Assembly: GCA_013239625.1 (NCBI GenBank)
Contig: MU053334.1
Coordinates: 569,190-633,189 of the forward strand
Source: Lama guanicoe
Lineage: Eukaryota
Length of the DNA stretch: 64,000 nt
Direction: 5' to 3'
Shown here piece by piece: positions 10,870 to 25,447 of this stretch (the first letter of the stretch is position 1; each line of letters opens with the position of its first letter). The translations under genes and the position numbers were made by a program. The notes beneath the pieces were generated by a model that made no database searches, was not told the DNA's origin, and saw only the letters and a program-made list of their open reading frames with translations.

Positions 10870-13783
10870 CTGCAAGCAGAAGACGAAGTTCAGGGACAGC
10901 AGAGCGTCACTGACGCTCAGGCTAGCTCTGGCCACAGGGAGGAAGCGACGTATCCCATGGGCCTCCCCAGGAGAGCGGCCCCGACCCCATCTCATCTCCC
11001 AGCACGAGCTCAGAAGCCGACCAGGCGCTCAGGGGGACCCAGTGTCCGGCAGCTCACACGAGCCCACCGCACAGCAGGGGCAGTGGGGGACAGGTGCTTG
11101 CACGCTCTGGCCCCAAGGAACTAGGGCACTTACATCACACGGTAAACCCCCACCACAGACCAGGGGCCACAAAACCAGCCCCTTCCCGCACAGCACTCGT
11201 GGCGACAGCAGACAGCCTGCAAGGCGCTCACAGGCACCAGGCAGCCATGTGCCAGGTCTCCACGGGGGGTCCTGGATGCCAGCCCCACCAGTTACAAGTG
11301 GGGCTCCTGGTGTCACCTCCTCACGCCAACTACGTTCCCTTCACTCCTGTCAGACGTGGGTGATGAACTAGGAACCTTGCGACGTCTGAGCTACTGGAAA
11401 ATCCAGGCTGAGGGTGGGGGCCAGAGCTGGGCCCCGCCGGCCTGCCAGTGCCTGGCAAGGACGCCCAGACAAACCCCGGGGGGGCGTGCGAGAGAGCCCG
11501 CAGCTAGCAGGCACCTCACCAGAGAGGAAGCGGGGCTCCACCCCGTCACCTCTTACACAGCACAGACCACACTCCCGACCCAGCCCCGGGGGCGCTGGGC
11601 TGAGAAGGAAGTTCAGGACATGATGCCTTCTCCCCGTCTGCAGTCAGAAGGCCCTAGGAGCAGCCCCACGCTGCCCAAGTCAGAACCGGCGGAAGGGCTG
11701 ATAGGCACTGAAATAGTGGGAGCTGGCCACGGGTGCACGGCCGTCTCCTGGGACAAGGGCGCAGACCCGCTGGCAGCGGCGCTCACGTCCCCTCCCAGGT
11801 CCCTCCTGGGCCACACTGTGCCCAGTACCCGCCCGCACACCTCACACACGGGCCTTTGGGCCTGATGTCCTGAAAGGCAAGAGGTCACCCAGGTCCCAGG
11901 TGAGGCCCTCGAGCCTGGTGAGACCAGGCCCCAGGTTGTCCTGGGAGCAGGAGTCAGGCCAGGAAGGCGCTTGCCCACCACCTTTCAGCAGCGGGGAGAA
12001 GGGAGATGAAACCTGGGAAGCGGGGGCAGCCTCCAGGACCCTTCCTGCCTTCCCCACGGGGAACGAGGGTCAGGCCACAGCCTCTCCCGTCTCCAAGACA
12101 AGCACCCTGTCACGCCCTGCAGTCGGCAGAGCCCCGCACGTGGCGGGGAGGTCCGCACCGTGCAGGGCAGACGCCCACGCGGCAGGGGATGCGGTGCCCA
12201 GGTCTCCTCCTAGCAGCCAGGTGAACCCACAGTCCCCGCAGACCCGCTCTCCCCAGCATCCTTACGCTGAAACGGGAGTGGAAAGCCGGGGGAGGGGGCG
12301 TCTCTGCAAACCCATAGCCCCTCGGAGGCCCGGCCAGTGCACCTCAGGGATGGTGTCCTATAGGCAGTGCCCAGGGCTGTGCGGGCGTCCTGTGGAACGG
12401 GGCATGTTCCTGAACCACCAACTTAACAGCCTGGACGTGTGTCAAACCCTCCTTGAAGCCTCAAGAGTCGATGTGCTGGGGCTGGCAGGGGGCATCTCAG
12501 GGAACAGGGAAAGAGCGCTGGGGCCTCAGTGGTACCCAAGACAGTGCCCTGGGGCTGGGCAGGTGGAGGCAGCGGAGCTCCAAGAGGGAGGCTCCTCCCC
12601 ATCATCTTCCTGGGAGCCTACGGGTTTCCAGGCTGAGCCAGCAAGGGCACACGGCCCCCCGGGCTGCACACAACATGGCCCAGAGCCCCCAGCGCCCACC
12701 CCGGGAATGATGGCCCCCATCAGTGCTGCAGACAAGGACGCAGGTGGGGACAGGGGCTCCATCCACGTACCTGCGAGAGGAGGGGCAGAGGGAACGGACA
12801 GAAACCACGTGAACTCATGGCACCCCCAGCAAGCAGGAAAAATCCAAGCTCGGCACCCACGTGCTTCCCGCCACAGGGCTCACTGGCAAGACACCCACAC
12901 CAACTGTCAAACCAAACCTGGGTGCAGGCTGGAGCCAGGACGCGGAATCCTGAGGTCAGGATTCCAACAATCCCCAGTCACCCAGAGTGACAGCGGACAG
13001 CTTCGCTTGGCACCGCCTCCCACCTCCCCTCGTCTGCATGGCAGACACAGACCTGCTGCTGGGGTCACACTCCCACCGCCGGCACTTCTGGGAACAGCAG
13101 AGACGAAACCCTGAGTCTCTGCAGCCCAGCTCCCTTCCACCTGGGGACGGTCTCAGGTCTCAAGCTGGGAGGCAGGTGGCTTCGAGGGCAGTGGACACGG
13201 GGTCCTCACGTGAGGTCCACACCTCACCCCAGAAGGCAGTGGCTGGACCGTGGGTCTAGAGCTTTGGGGACGGGCACATGGCATCTTTGTCCACACCTGG
13301 TCTCCCCTGTGTCCCTGGGCCTCCCACTGCCCAAGTCCTGCCTGGTTTTATGGCCGCTAATGTGGGAACCTAGCTGAGTCCAGTCACCGCCAAGGCCAGA
13401 GTGGAGCTGACCAGCAGGCCAATGTCAGGTGGAAAATTCAAAGGCATGAAAGCCACGCGGATCCAGCTCCACTCAGCCACGCTGCCCTCGGCTGCTGACT
13501 CGCAGGGGTAAATAAGCAGGACAGAAACACTAACGTCGGCGCACACAGCTCACCCAACTTCCTAGGAACGTGACCTCGAGTGGCGGTAACTCACGCGCTG
13601 AAATGTTCAGAAACTGCACTTCTACACCTCTGTAAATTTCAGCTCACCTCATTTGTGTCCACGGTTAGGGAAAAAACAAATTCTATTCTTGACATACGCA
13701 TAAGAAATTCAAACACAGCCCCAGACCCTGGCCCCCTCTGATGCCGCCCCCCGCGGACGCGCCCAGGAGAGCAGAGCACACAC

Positions 13784-13874
13784 CTGTGATGGGGACATAG
13801 CCGACACCCTGCTGGTACACGGTGGGCATGAGGACCACAGGCTGAGGCGGCATCACCATGGCAGCCGGCAGCGA
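13784..13874 (-). CDS. TOLLIP: TOLLIP coding exon 5 (Pro/Val-rich linker)
   Basis: tttcag|TCG acceptor, CAG|gtgtgt donor; 91 nt; [30 protein letters not shown](G). Confidence 0.97.
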
Positions 13875-14315
13875 CTGAAACACAACAAAGACGATCAGGG
13901 GGTCACAGAGGAACACGGCACATCCCAGCCTCATCACTTCCCGCCTCAACAGAACCACACGAGGAGGGGCGGCATAGGGCCCAGAGGCTCGTGAATCGTC
14001 GTCGGACACCCGGCCCACGCTGACACCCCGGCGCTGCTCTGCTGGGGGAGCAGGAGGAGAATGCCTCGGCCAAGTGCCCCTCAGACCTACTGAGCCACAG
14101 CCGACCGAGATGTGACAAGAAGAGAACACAATTCAAGGACGTGAACCCAAGCGCAAGCTTCCGGGTCAACGCCTGTGACGATTCACGACGGCCTGTCTCT
14201 GGTTTCAGCTGCTAAACTAAGCACCACGACGACCCTGTCTCCGTGGAAACGCCTGCTAAGGGTGTGCAATGGGACGCGCGCGACTGAAAGCACCCCGGCG
14301 CTGGCACCCGCTTTA

Positions 14316-15212
<897 letters not shown>

Positions 15213-15530
15213 TCAGGAGCTGTGGGACACTCCCAGACAGGCATTTGGAGGACAGGCTGAGAAAGAGCCCAGCGCAGCCATCGGACACCCCAGGGACACT
15301 TGGGAGGCTCGTGTGACCCAACCATAGAGGCCTATATCCACCCAGCACGGCGCCAACCCACATCACACCCGCACCCGCAGATAGCGGCTGCCTGACCTGC
15401 CTGGCGGGCAGAGCCCGGGGCACCTGCTGTCACAGAGATGCCGCATCCGAATGTAAGTTCTAAGGATCTGCAGTGAACACGCGCCTTTCACCATTGCTGG
15501 GGACAACAGGACAGCTGCCACCAAGCCCTA

Positions 15531-15824
<294 letters not shown>

Positions 15825-15940
15825 TCAGATGAGAGCTGAGGCCAGGCTGCGGGGCCCACCCTCTCACCCTCCGCTCCAGCGTCTTCTGGTGTCCACCCAG
15901 CTACTCAAACCCACCAGAGCACAGTTCACAGTTCTAGCTG

Positions 15941-16248
15941 CAGAATGGGCCCTCCACATCCTTGGGCCTAACCAACCACAGATCAAAAATATTAAGGAAA
16001 AGCATTCCAGAAAGTTTCACAAAGCAAAACTTGAATTTGCCACTCCGGCAGGATTTATATGGCTTTAAACTGTACTGCAGCTATTCACGTAGCATCCGTG
16101 GTGTTAGGTGACGCAGAGGGACCCGGGGATGACCTACAGCACCCAGGAGCACGTGCAAAGCTGCCCCACTTTGCACACGGGGCTGGAGCATCCATGGACC
16201 GTGGTGTCTGTGGGTCCTGGGATCAAGCCCGAGGACAGCTGGACTCTG
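15941..16248 (-). mobile_element. MER2-family (TcMar-Tigger) DNA transposon in TOLLIP intron 2
   Basis: gggccctccacatccttgggcctaaccaaccacagatcaaaaatatt ... gagcatccatggaccgtggtgtctgtgggtcctgg resemble the MER2 subterminal regions. Confidence 0.75.
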
Positions 16249-16510
16249 GGCACCAGGAACGGGGAGAAATGCATGCTCGGTGGTGTGTGTCTGTGATAAG
16301 GACACACCAGAGAGCTGCCGGACAGGGGGTCGACCCCCCACCCCCAGGAGGAGGAGGAATGTGCAGAGGGCAGCCACAGCCAGCAGGGGACGGGGCATCC
16401 GGGAGACATGAGGCCTGGCCAGGGCCCTTCCTGTGCCCCAGATGGTGACTGTGCTGGTGCCCCACCTCCCTTCATGAGGGGGCGTCCCTCGGGAGTGACA
16501 TCCCTGGTCA

Positions 16511-17143
<633 letters not shown>

Positions 17144-19329
17144 CTAGCCAGCCAGTGGGGCGGATCTCAGGCCCCACTTGCTCTTGCCCGTGAGTCCGCA
17201 ATCCCCTTCCTGGTACCAGGACGGCTGCCAGCAAGACCTGTCCAACAAACCAACGGGTGATCTCCGGGACCAGGAGAGGTCTCTGGGCTGAAGCCCTTCA
17301 AACATCTGCACGAGAAACAGTTCACATACAAGAATGCCCCGAAGACAAAAAGAAGCCAATGGATTAACAGCAAGAAGCCCCCAAGACTCAGCCCTGGAGA
17401 GACGGAAGCGATGGGACGGCTCCAAGGGAGTGACGTCTCCCAAGGAAACGGGAGGAGACTGAGCAAGAGTCGGTCGGGGCTCCACCAGCAGAGGTGAGCT
17501 TGGAGGGTGGGCCGCACAGCCAGTCTGGCCTGACCCAGAGCGCTGTGACCCCCAGTTCAATGACTCTGCTCTTTCCAGGAGGCGTGGGAAGAGGGCTGGA
17601 GGGGTCACAGTGTAAGCAGAGCCCAGGTGAAGGGAAGAGAGGAGCCACAGGACCCACGGCAGGAGGCCTGGCTGCTGGGGGGACCGGAGCCACAGCCCCA
17701 AGGGCCAGGCACTGCCTGTGGTGGCCCTGGCCCCCCGTCACTGCCCAGGGGACGCCACAGACCCCGGCTGAGGGCCTTGAAGGACCGCGCAGTTTCAGGA
17801 AACACCAAAAGGAAGACCCCAGGGTGTTGCAGGACTTTTGGCAACTGTTTACAGACAGCAGCCACCAGAGACCACCTGGATGTCCAGACGCCCTGGACCC
17901 TGAGGCCTCTCCTGCGCAGACCAGACAGCACCTGGTGCCCTGGGCCGCCCAGCGACACGGCGTCCAGCAGGCTGCAGAAGGCTCCGCGCTCACGGAGCTC
18001 ACAGCCCGCACCACCATTCCTTTTGAGGATCCCTGCAGAGGCCTGGGCTTGCCTCCTTCCCCATCCCAGGCCCACAGACCACACACACCCCATGGCACTG
18101 GTGGAAGTGGACGCACTCGGGATCTGCCTGGGGCTCCCCCCACCTCTGCAACCACCAGCCTGGCTCGGCCTGACCCCATCTGGGAGCTGCTCGGAGCCAC
18201 CCAGAGGAGCCGTTCCACACACGCTCTGCATCATGAGGACCCATCGGGGGGGGCACTTCTCACAGCCCAGTGGGCCCAGCGGGTGCCCAGAGGCCTGGGG
18301 TTGCCAAGAGAGGGACACACCTTCCCTCCTGAGGGCGTCACCGCTGCGTTTCCCAGGCATGTGGCACAGCTAGACAGGTCCCAGGGCGTGCCCTGCAAGG
18401 CAGGCCCGAGGTGACCCCCTGCGCCCTGCCCCCTACCCCTGCCAGGAGGGCTGAGATGCTGAGGACACACCAACGGCCAGTTCCTGCTGGTGTCCCAGAA
18501 ACACAAGCACCCAGAACAGAGCCTGGCCCCCTCCCAAACACACCCCCCATGGAGCCTCTGGGCTCTCAGGGCTGGCAGTGAGGTCAGGAGCTGGGAAGGA
18601 GGAGCCGGTACTCAGAGCGTCTGCGGGGCCGGCTCTGCCTGAAGGCACAATGTGGGGGCACACGCACCCGCTCTCCCGCCAGAGACAGCAGCAGGGCTGA
18701 GGCCCAGGGCAGGGGTGGGTCAGGGTGGTCTTACATTACTCTATAAACCCATCCCCCTCCCCTATTCCTATCATCCACACCTTCCCCAACCTTCCGGGTT
18801 ACCCACATCAGGATGGGCTACTCGAGGCCAAAACATCTGGATGTCCCGACTCTGCCGGAGCCCGCAGCCCACACAACTTCTGTACCAGGGGACTGAGGGG
18901 CCGTGGTGTTAACGAGCACGAAGACGCTGGAAGACCGATGAGAGAGAGAGGACAACCACAGTCCCCAAGCAAGCACCAGACCAGGAAAGCTGGCGGGACA
19001 ACCAGTGGTTTCCACGGGGTCTCGGCCAGAGCTCCACGGCCCGCACGCTGGCCCAGGACCCGGGTGTCAGCTGAGATGGAACATCCCCAGCCCTACCAAA
19101 GTACTGAGGGGACCCGAGGGCTGGGACAGATGGGCAGACGCTCTGTGAGCTCCATGGAACCGTCACAGCAAGAAGCTGAGGGAAACGATCACTGCTCTCA
19201 CAATGCGTGTGTTTTAACGAAAAAACACAAATGAGTATCAGCCAATTAACTGTGTGTGGAAAGTGGCGGCACTGTAAATACACACAGGTGGCTTCGTGGA
19301 GATGTCATCTCAGCGAAGACCCGATTGGC

Positions 19330-20050
19330 GGGGAGGTGTCATCATGCAGAACGTGGGGAGGAGCCTGCCTGGCAGCTGGAGGTACGGGGAGGTGGCTGGA
19401 ACACAGCAAGCGAGGGAGGGAGAGCAGGAGGTCAGAGGCGGGGGGGATGGGCAGCCAGGAGTGGTGGCCAGGGGCTCTGACTCTCAGAGAAGAGAGGAAG
19501 GGAGCAGGTGGGGAACCTGGGGACAAGTAGAGAGCCAGAGCACGTGGGAAACCCAGGGGACCCAGGGCGAGTGGGGAGCCAGGGCAGGTGGGGAACCCAG
19601 GGCGGGCGGGGAACCCGGGGCAGATGGGCAACCCGGGGCAGGTGGAGAGCCGGGGCGTACTGCACCACCCGTCTGGCTCTGCCTGGCACCCGGCTGCGGG
19701 ATATAGCAGCAGGTGGACCAGTTGAGCAAGTGTGGCCGTGTGTGGGTGGTGCAGAGACTGAGAAAGAACCAGATTCTGGATGTGCTTGGAAGGCAGAGTG
19801 GGCAGAGGGACGCAGAAGAGGCCAGGCCACCTGACGTTTTGGCCTGAGCGATAAAAAGGATGGAAGTGTTGCCCAACTGAATGGGACAAAGTGGGGGGGG
19901 TCTGAGGAAGGAGGGGGCTGGTCTGTCTGTGACGTCTGGAACATTCCAGGGAGACGCAAGGAGCCATAGAATGCATGGACGTGGAACTGAGGAAGGAAGG
20001 CTGGGGGGGAGACAGTCACCGTCACGTGGCGGGTGGGGGCTGGCACCAGC
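19330..20050. mobile_element. L2 LINE remnant in intron 1
   Basis: agattctggatgtgcttggaaggcagag...ttttggcctgagcgataaaaggatggaagtgttgcc is L2-like. Confidence 0.65.
19500..19655. repeat. G-rich minisatellite, ~17-18 bp unit GGGCAGGTGGGGAACCC
   Basis: About 8 degenerate tandem units visible. Confidence 0.8.
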
Positions 20051-20249
20051 CGAGATTCCCTGAGGGAAGCTGGTGACCTGGGCAGGAAGGGGCCGCTCTC
20101 ATCTGCGCTCCAGGACAAACAGCCCAGACTAGCCACCGCCGTGCCCTCTGCCTGCTCAGTCACCCCTAGTCCCTCAAAGCACAGGCGGCTTTCCTCCTGG
20201 GGCCCACAGCCCCCACACTTGACACCCCCACCCCGGCTCCCACCGTCCA

Positions 20250-22350
20250 GCTGTAGGTGAAGCAAAAATAAACGGTAGGAGGCGTGCAGAAGGGAAGCCG
20301 CGCGTACGAAAGGCGGGGTGGCCAGTTTTCTGAGGCATGACGAATAACTCACAGGGACCGAGCAGCTGACAGCCAGGTCCTCCCTCCAAGCCGGCCGGGC
20401 CAGCAGGCACCACGGGAGAAAGGCGTCCACGTGAAGACACCGAGTCGAGAGACCAAAGTGAGAGCAGCGCCGGGACCAACTGACTGACGCGAACTCCCGT
20501 GTGGATGTCGCTGATGCAGGAAGAGGGGCCAGAGGGCGCTCGGAACTCAGGGAAGAGACGCGGGGGCGGGAGGGGCCGGGGACCCAGGGCACAGTCAACT
20601 GCTGCCTGCTCTACAGAAGCCATGGAGCCAGAAGAAAGATCTCCGCGGACTGGGAGCAGGACACTGTCAACCTGGGACCCCATGCGGGAGCCCCTTTCAG
20701 GAATCAGAGAAAGCACACGTGTACGAGCGCATCTGAACAGGCCCCAGCTCGAAACAACAACGTCCTCCTGGAAGGAGAGTAAACAAGGCAGCGCCTCCAC
20801 ACACAACCACCACGCTGGGACGGCCACCGAGGCGCGCGCTGACCAGCACAACGGTAATTCTTAGATCCTGATAAGTCTGCTTGATAAAATTTCCAGGATA
20901 ACCACAAACAGAGCAGAGTTACAATACATGTTTCCCAAACCAGGAGAGACCAAAAAATGGAGCTTAAAAAACTATATTTATTCAACCCAAAAGAAGGCAA
21001 GGAGAGAAAAAGAAACAAAAGCACAAAAGAACACGGTGGGGGGGAGGGGCGTGCGTACAGCTACGCACATTAAGACTTTTTAACGTGTTCCAGTTAAAAT
21101 ACAAAGACAGACGGCCCAGACCTGACCTTTAACAATCCAGCTCTGTGCTGCTGACGACAGACCAGTCCGACACCAACGTTGAGAGAGAAGTCCAAGAACT
21201 AACAACTCCCCAGGCAGACGCTCCCTAAAAGGAAGCTGGGCTCTCCAGGTAGCATCAGACCCAACAAGAAAGGCTGGTGCATGGCCAGCAGGGCTGACGC
21301 GTGTGGAAAGGTGCGACTTACAGGAAGACGGGGCCAGTCTAAACCCGGGTGCTCTCCCAACTCAGCCTCAGAAAAAGCAGAGCTCACAGGGACCCAGAGG
21401 GGCAGGACTCGGGCCAGCGGGAAGGGGCGTGCCCGGAGCAAGAAGCAGTGAGCACTGCAGGCCGACAGCTGGGCTCGCAGTGGTGCTGGGGCAGAGGAAG
21501 GCAGGCACAGCCTAGAGAGAACGAGTTCCGACCTCTGGATGCTGGAGATCAAAGACAGAGCGCTCGGCGCGCACCCTGCCTCTCCTGTGCAGGCTGCGCT
21601 CAAGGACAGCCAGACGGTGTCAGCCTCACAGTCCCAGTCGGTAAGCACAGAGCAAGTGACACAGGTCAGTGTCAGCCTTCGCTTTCCCCCGTGAAGTCAG
21701 GCTCAGCAACAGTTACCAACATGTGCAAGGCTGCCGAGGACCTGGACACCACGGGCCACCCGACAGCTTGCCTCAGGTCTCACAGGGAGAAGACAGGACG
21801 AAGGGGCCCCCACAGCAGGACAGTAGGACAGCTGGTCCTTATCAGCTCCTGTAGCCTGGACTCAACGGACAGGCCCGCACATCTTGGCCTCCAACCAAGC
21901 ATTAACCGTGGCCCGAGAGCTGACAGGAGCAGCGCTGCGGTCGGAAGCAGGGGTCCTGCAACCCCTACCGAGCCCTGTCGTGGAAGGCAGGCCCACACAA
22001 CCACTCCTGGGGGTGCCCATCGGGTGCTTTTTAATAGGGTGTGGACTGACAGGGGCACTGGCTGGACAAGGCTTGTCAGAACAGAAACATCCACATTGCA
22101 AAAAGTGGGCCAAAAGCACAGGGTTGAGCAACCTCAGGGCCGTTCAGGAAACACTCTGCCCAGAAGGTACAGACAGCCGGTCTCCTGGAACTTAGGCACA
22201 CTCCTGGCAGGCTCCCCCTCAAGCACAGGGGAGACCCAGACCGGTCAGACCCTCCTCCGTCTTCACGTGCCCAAAGACTGTGCCTGTCACTCCTTCACAA
22301 CAAGCAGGAGGCGACAGTCAGACTTCAGAGAGGGCCCGAGAGAGTGTGAG
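20250..22350 (+). mobile_element. Highly degraded L1 remnant(s) in intron 1
   Basis: A-rich inter-ORF segment 20900-21030 followed by ORF2 endonuclease-like sequence (ccagttaaaatacaaagac...caatccagctctgtgctg). Confidence 0.55.
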
Positions 22351-24305
22351 CCCAGGCTCCGGGCACCCGGGCTGAACCCTGTCCTGCGCGCAGTGGGCTG
22401 ACATTCAGGGGAGCCGCCCAGCACGGACCCAGCAGGGGAGCGCCTGCCAACTCCCTCCACCAGCCTGGCTGGATTCCTGGCTTCCGCCCACAGCCACACG
22501 CACACGGCAGCCAGCGGGGTCTCAGGCAACACGGAGTCTGTGCACCCGGCAAAGGGAAGAGGCCTCCACCAGACTCTGCTGACCACAAAGGTAAGGGCAC
22601 TACGGCGCTGGAAACTGGCAAAAAGGCCCCCACAAGGACGGCTAACCCAGACGGGAGCAGGTTGGCGGGAAGGTGTGGGAGCCAGATGGTGTGGGCTAGG
22701 CAAAAACATTAAAAAAAAAAAAAAAAGAAAAGTGCACTGTGGCAATCAGATCAAAGTCAGCGCCAGATCCGCCTGCACCCGCAGGCCTCGGGGTCCGGCA
22801 GGCCCATGCCAGCAGGCACCGCCTCCCAGGACCCTCCAACCCCCAGACCCTGTCTGGGTCTGCTTTCCTCGCTCTTCCCTCACACCCGTCTCCCAACTCC
22901 AGCTCCCCCTTCAGTCCCAGGTCAAATGTTACTTCCTCCTGACCCCAGCCCAGGTCGGCCACCGCTCACCCCAACTTGAGCTCAGACCCATGGGTCTGAA
23001 CGTGACCGTCCCTACGTGGAACATCCCGATGGCAAGCACCACACTGGTGACTGCCGCACCATGTCGCCCAGACACTAATGTCAACCGCACGGCGGGTGAG
23101 CCGCAGGGACCCTGGAGCCCAGACCTAACCTTACTGCACTCGTACAGGCCGTGCGGAGCACGCTGCAGACACTTGCTGGTCTCCATGTGGGATCTACGGC
23201 CACGCTGGCTGCAAGTGAACACGCCGGAGAGCAACGAGCACGAGGCTGGTCAGACAGACCAGGCCTTCAACAGCACAGGCCCCAAGTCCAAACACCCTCT
23301 GATGCCTGGTTCCCGCTGCAGCAGGGGCTGCTCACTCCCTCGCCGAAGGAGGGGATCACCCGCACTGAGCCCGGCCCCCGGGGTTTGCCTGCAACGCGTC
23401 CGTCGCCACCGTGCGAGTTCTAGACGAGCGCACCGAGCTCCCAGCAGGCCAAGGACATGCGACAGGCCAGGACCGGGGCCGTGCTGCCTGACGGCCACAC
23501 CACTGCTCCCAGGGGAGGCCCTGATTGGGTCCCTTGCTTCTCTGATGAGCCATTTGTGTACAAATGAGACATTGCTGACAGTCAACCTGCGGTAACTCAC
23601 GGTACACAGTGACGATGGAGACACACAGACGCGGAAAATCCCTCTCCTGACTCTGGGACGTCTCCACACCCCAGTCTGACAGGAAGTGCTGTCAGGTCCA
23701 ATTCACATGCTCAGGAAGAGCCTCTGTGCCTGAAGGGCTTCTGACAAGACCTGGGTCTTCCTCAAACTCAGAATCACCTTCTGTGGAAAGGCTTCTTTTC
23801 CGGTCGGCAGAAGCCCAAACAAGATTCATCAGCCCCATTTCAAGGGGGGAGGAGCCCTGGCAGCGGGGCTTACACTCAGCAGCGGACGTTCTGAGGGAAG
23901 GCACATCAAAATGTCACGTGAGAGGAGCCTCATTCCTACTCAGCAGGACCCAGGTGTCCATCTACTACTGCACGTTTACAGCTGCGCTTGATAAAAGCTT
24001 CACTACTCACGAGGACCCACCCAACCCAGCCTGAACGCGCGGCTGGAGCCGACATGAACCGTCTGTACTCGTGCTCCTGCAGAGACACAGCGAGCGGTGC
24101 CCCGGGGACACGGCGAGAGGGCTAGGGGTGAGGGGCACGCCCAGCTCTCCACTCCCAACCCCCCACTTGTCACTGAAGAAACCGAGCGGTTGAGAAATGG
24201 CCACTAACTGGGGACACAGCTGAGCCTGGGAGCCTCACCCTGCCTGCGGGCAGAAAGGATGGCAGGCCCTCCACCCAGCCAGGGTTCAGAGCGCCTCTCT
24301 ACGGA

Positions 24306-24462
24306 GGGACCCACCGGGTCCGGGGCCTCCTTGCCGGGGTGCCGGGCCTCCCCGACCCGGGACCCACCGGGAGCCGTGCCTCCCCCACTGGGAACCCACC
24401 GGGAGTTGGTCCTCCCCGACCCGGGACCCACCGGGACCCGGGGCCTCCCCCACCGGGGACTC
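24306..24462. repeat. ~32-bp GC-rich tandem repeat (core GGGACCCACCGGG) at the 5' end of intron 1
   Basis: Cores at 24306, 24359, 24390, 24423. Confidence 0.85.
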
Positions 24463-24542
24463 CCTCCTGCTCGCCCAGAGCCCGGCGTCGAGCCCTCCCC
24501 TGTGCCCAGAGGCCGTGGAGCCTGCCCACGGCCGGAGCCTAC

Positions 24543-24575
24543 CGGCCCGCGCTGCGTGCTGACGGTGGTCGCCAT
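24543..24575 (-). CDS. TOLLIP: TOLLIP coding exon 1 (MATTVSTQRGP)
   Basis: ATG at 24575 in strong Kozak context (agaccATGG); 33 nt; donor GTAGGC starts at 24542. Confidence 0.98.
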
Positions 24576-25447
24576 GGTCTGACCGGCTCGGCGTCTCGCC
24601 CGCAGAGAGCTGACCCGCCGGCGACCCTCCGCGCGGAGCCACGAACCGTCGGCGGTCCCGCGAGGCCGCCGCCGCCACAGTCAGCTGACGGCCGGCCCCG
24701 CCCCTGCGCTGCGCACTGCGCAGGCGCAGCGCCGCACCGCCCCTTCCGGCGTCGCGCACGCACGCGCGCTCTCGCCGGGCGCCTGCGCAGTCGCTTCCCC
24801 CGCCGTGCGGCCCCGCGACAAGGCTCTCGAGCCGGCTGTGTGCGCATGTCCGCCGGCCGCCGCTCTGGGCAGTGGGGCAGCCCGAGAGGGTCACCGGGGC
24901 GGGGCGGCCCTGGTGGCGGGTCCGGGGACGACGGGTCCCCGGGCTGGCCGGAGCACCGCCCCCACCAGCGCCGGGCACCGCGCGCGGACCCCGCAGACCC
25001 CGAGAGGCGCTGCCGGCGAGGCCAGGCCGGGGGCCGGGCGGCCGGAGCGGCCCCGCGGTGCTTGGCCGGGGAGTGACCGGCGTGACCAGGGGTGGCAGCA
25101 GCCGCCCTCCGCGTCGGTCTGCTGTGAGGCCAAGAGATGACCACCCCCCTCGCCCCCGCCGCCTCCTTTTTTCCCCAACGGCCCTCGGCAGGGCCTGCCC
25201 CGAAGCTGCTGGACAGGGGCTGCCTCTTGAGTTCCCTGGAGGCTTTGCTGTTGTCCCCCGAGGAGGTGGACAGGCCTGTGTGCGGCCAGCCCCGGCGTCC
25301 TGGTGTTGAACGTAAGCAGCTTCACAGGCAACCAGATCACACAGGGCCACTGACCACACCAACCGCGCGTGCTCTCGGACAAAACATGAACACCTCCCCA
25401 CGCCCCATCCCCGCAGCCCTCTCCCGCTGGAGCTGGTGCCCTGGGGC

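Larger units (their letters stand above)
24250..25300. promoter_or_regulatory. TOLLIP CpG-island promoter (TATA-less)
   Basis: Very CpG-dense. NRF1 sites TGCGCAGGCGCA 24717-24728 and GGCGCCTGCGCA 24778-24789; ETS/GABP CTTCCGG 24743-24749; GC boxes 24696-24704 and ~24897-24905. Confidence 0.9.

Noticed and set aside
11900..13114. 404-aa plus-strand ORF antisense to TOLLIP intron 5
   Set aside because: Pro/Gly/Arg/Ala/Ser-rich with no domain and a non-ATG start; long stop-free frames are expected at this GC content.
18728..18830. G-poor, C/A/T-rich patch resembling mitochondrial DNA
   Set aside because: Only a faint IPIIHT similarity to cytochrome b over about 6 codons; cannot be supported without BLAST against the mitogenome.
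19432..23595. 350-390 aa ORFs in intron 1 (19432-20598, 21349-22401, 22540-23595)
   Set aside because: Low-complexity composition, overlap with L2, L1 and minisatellite remnants, and no recognisable protein family.
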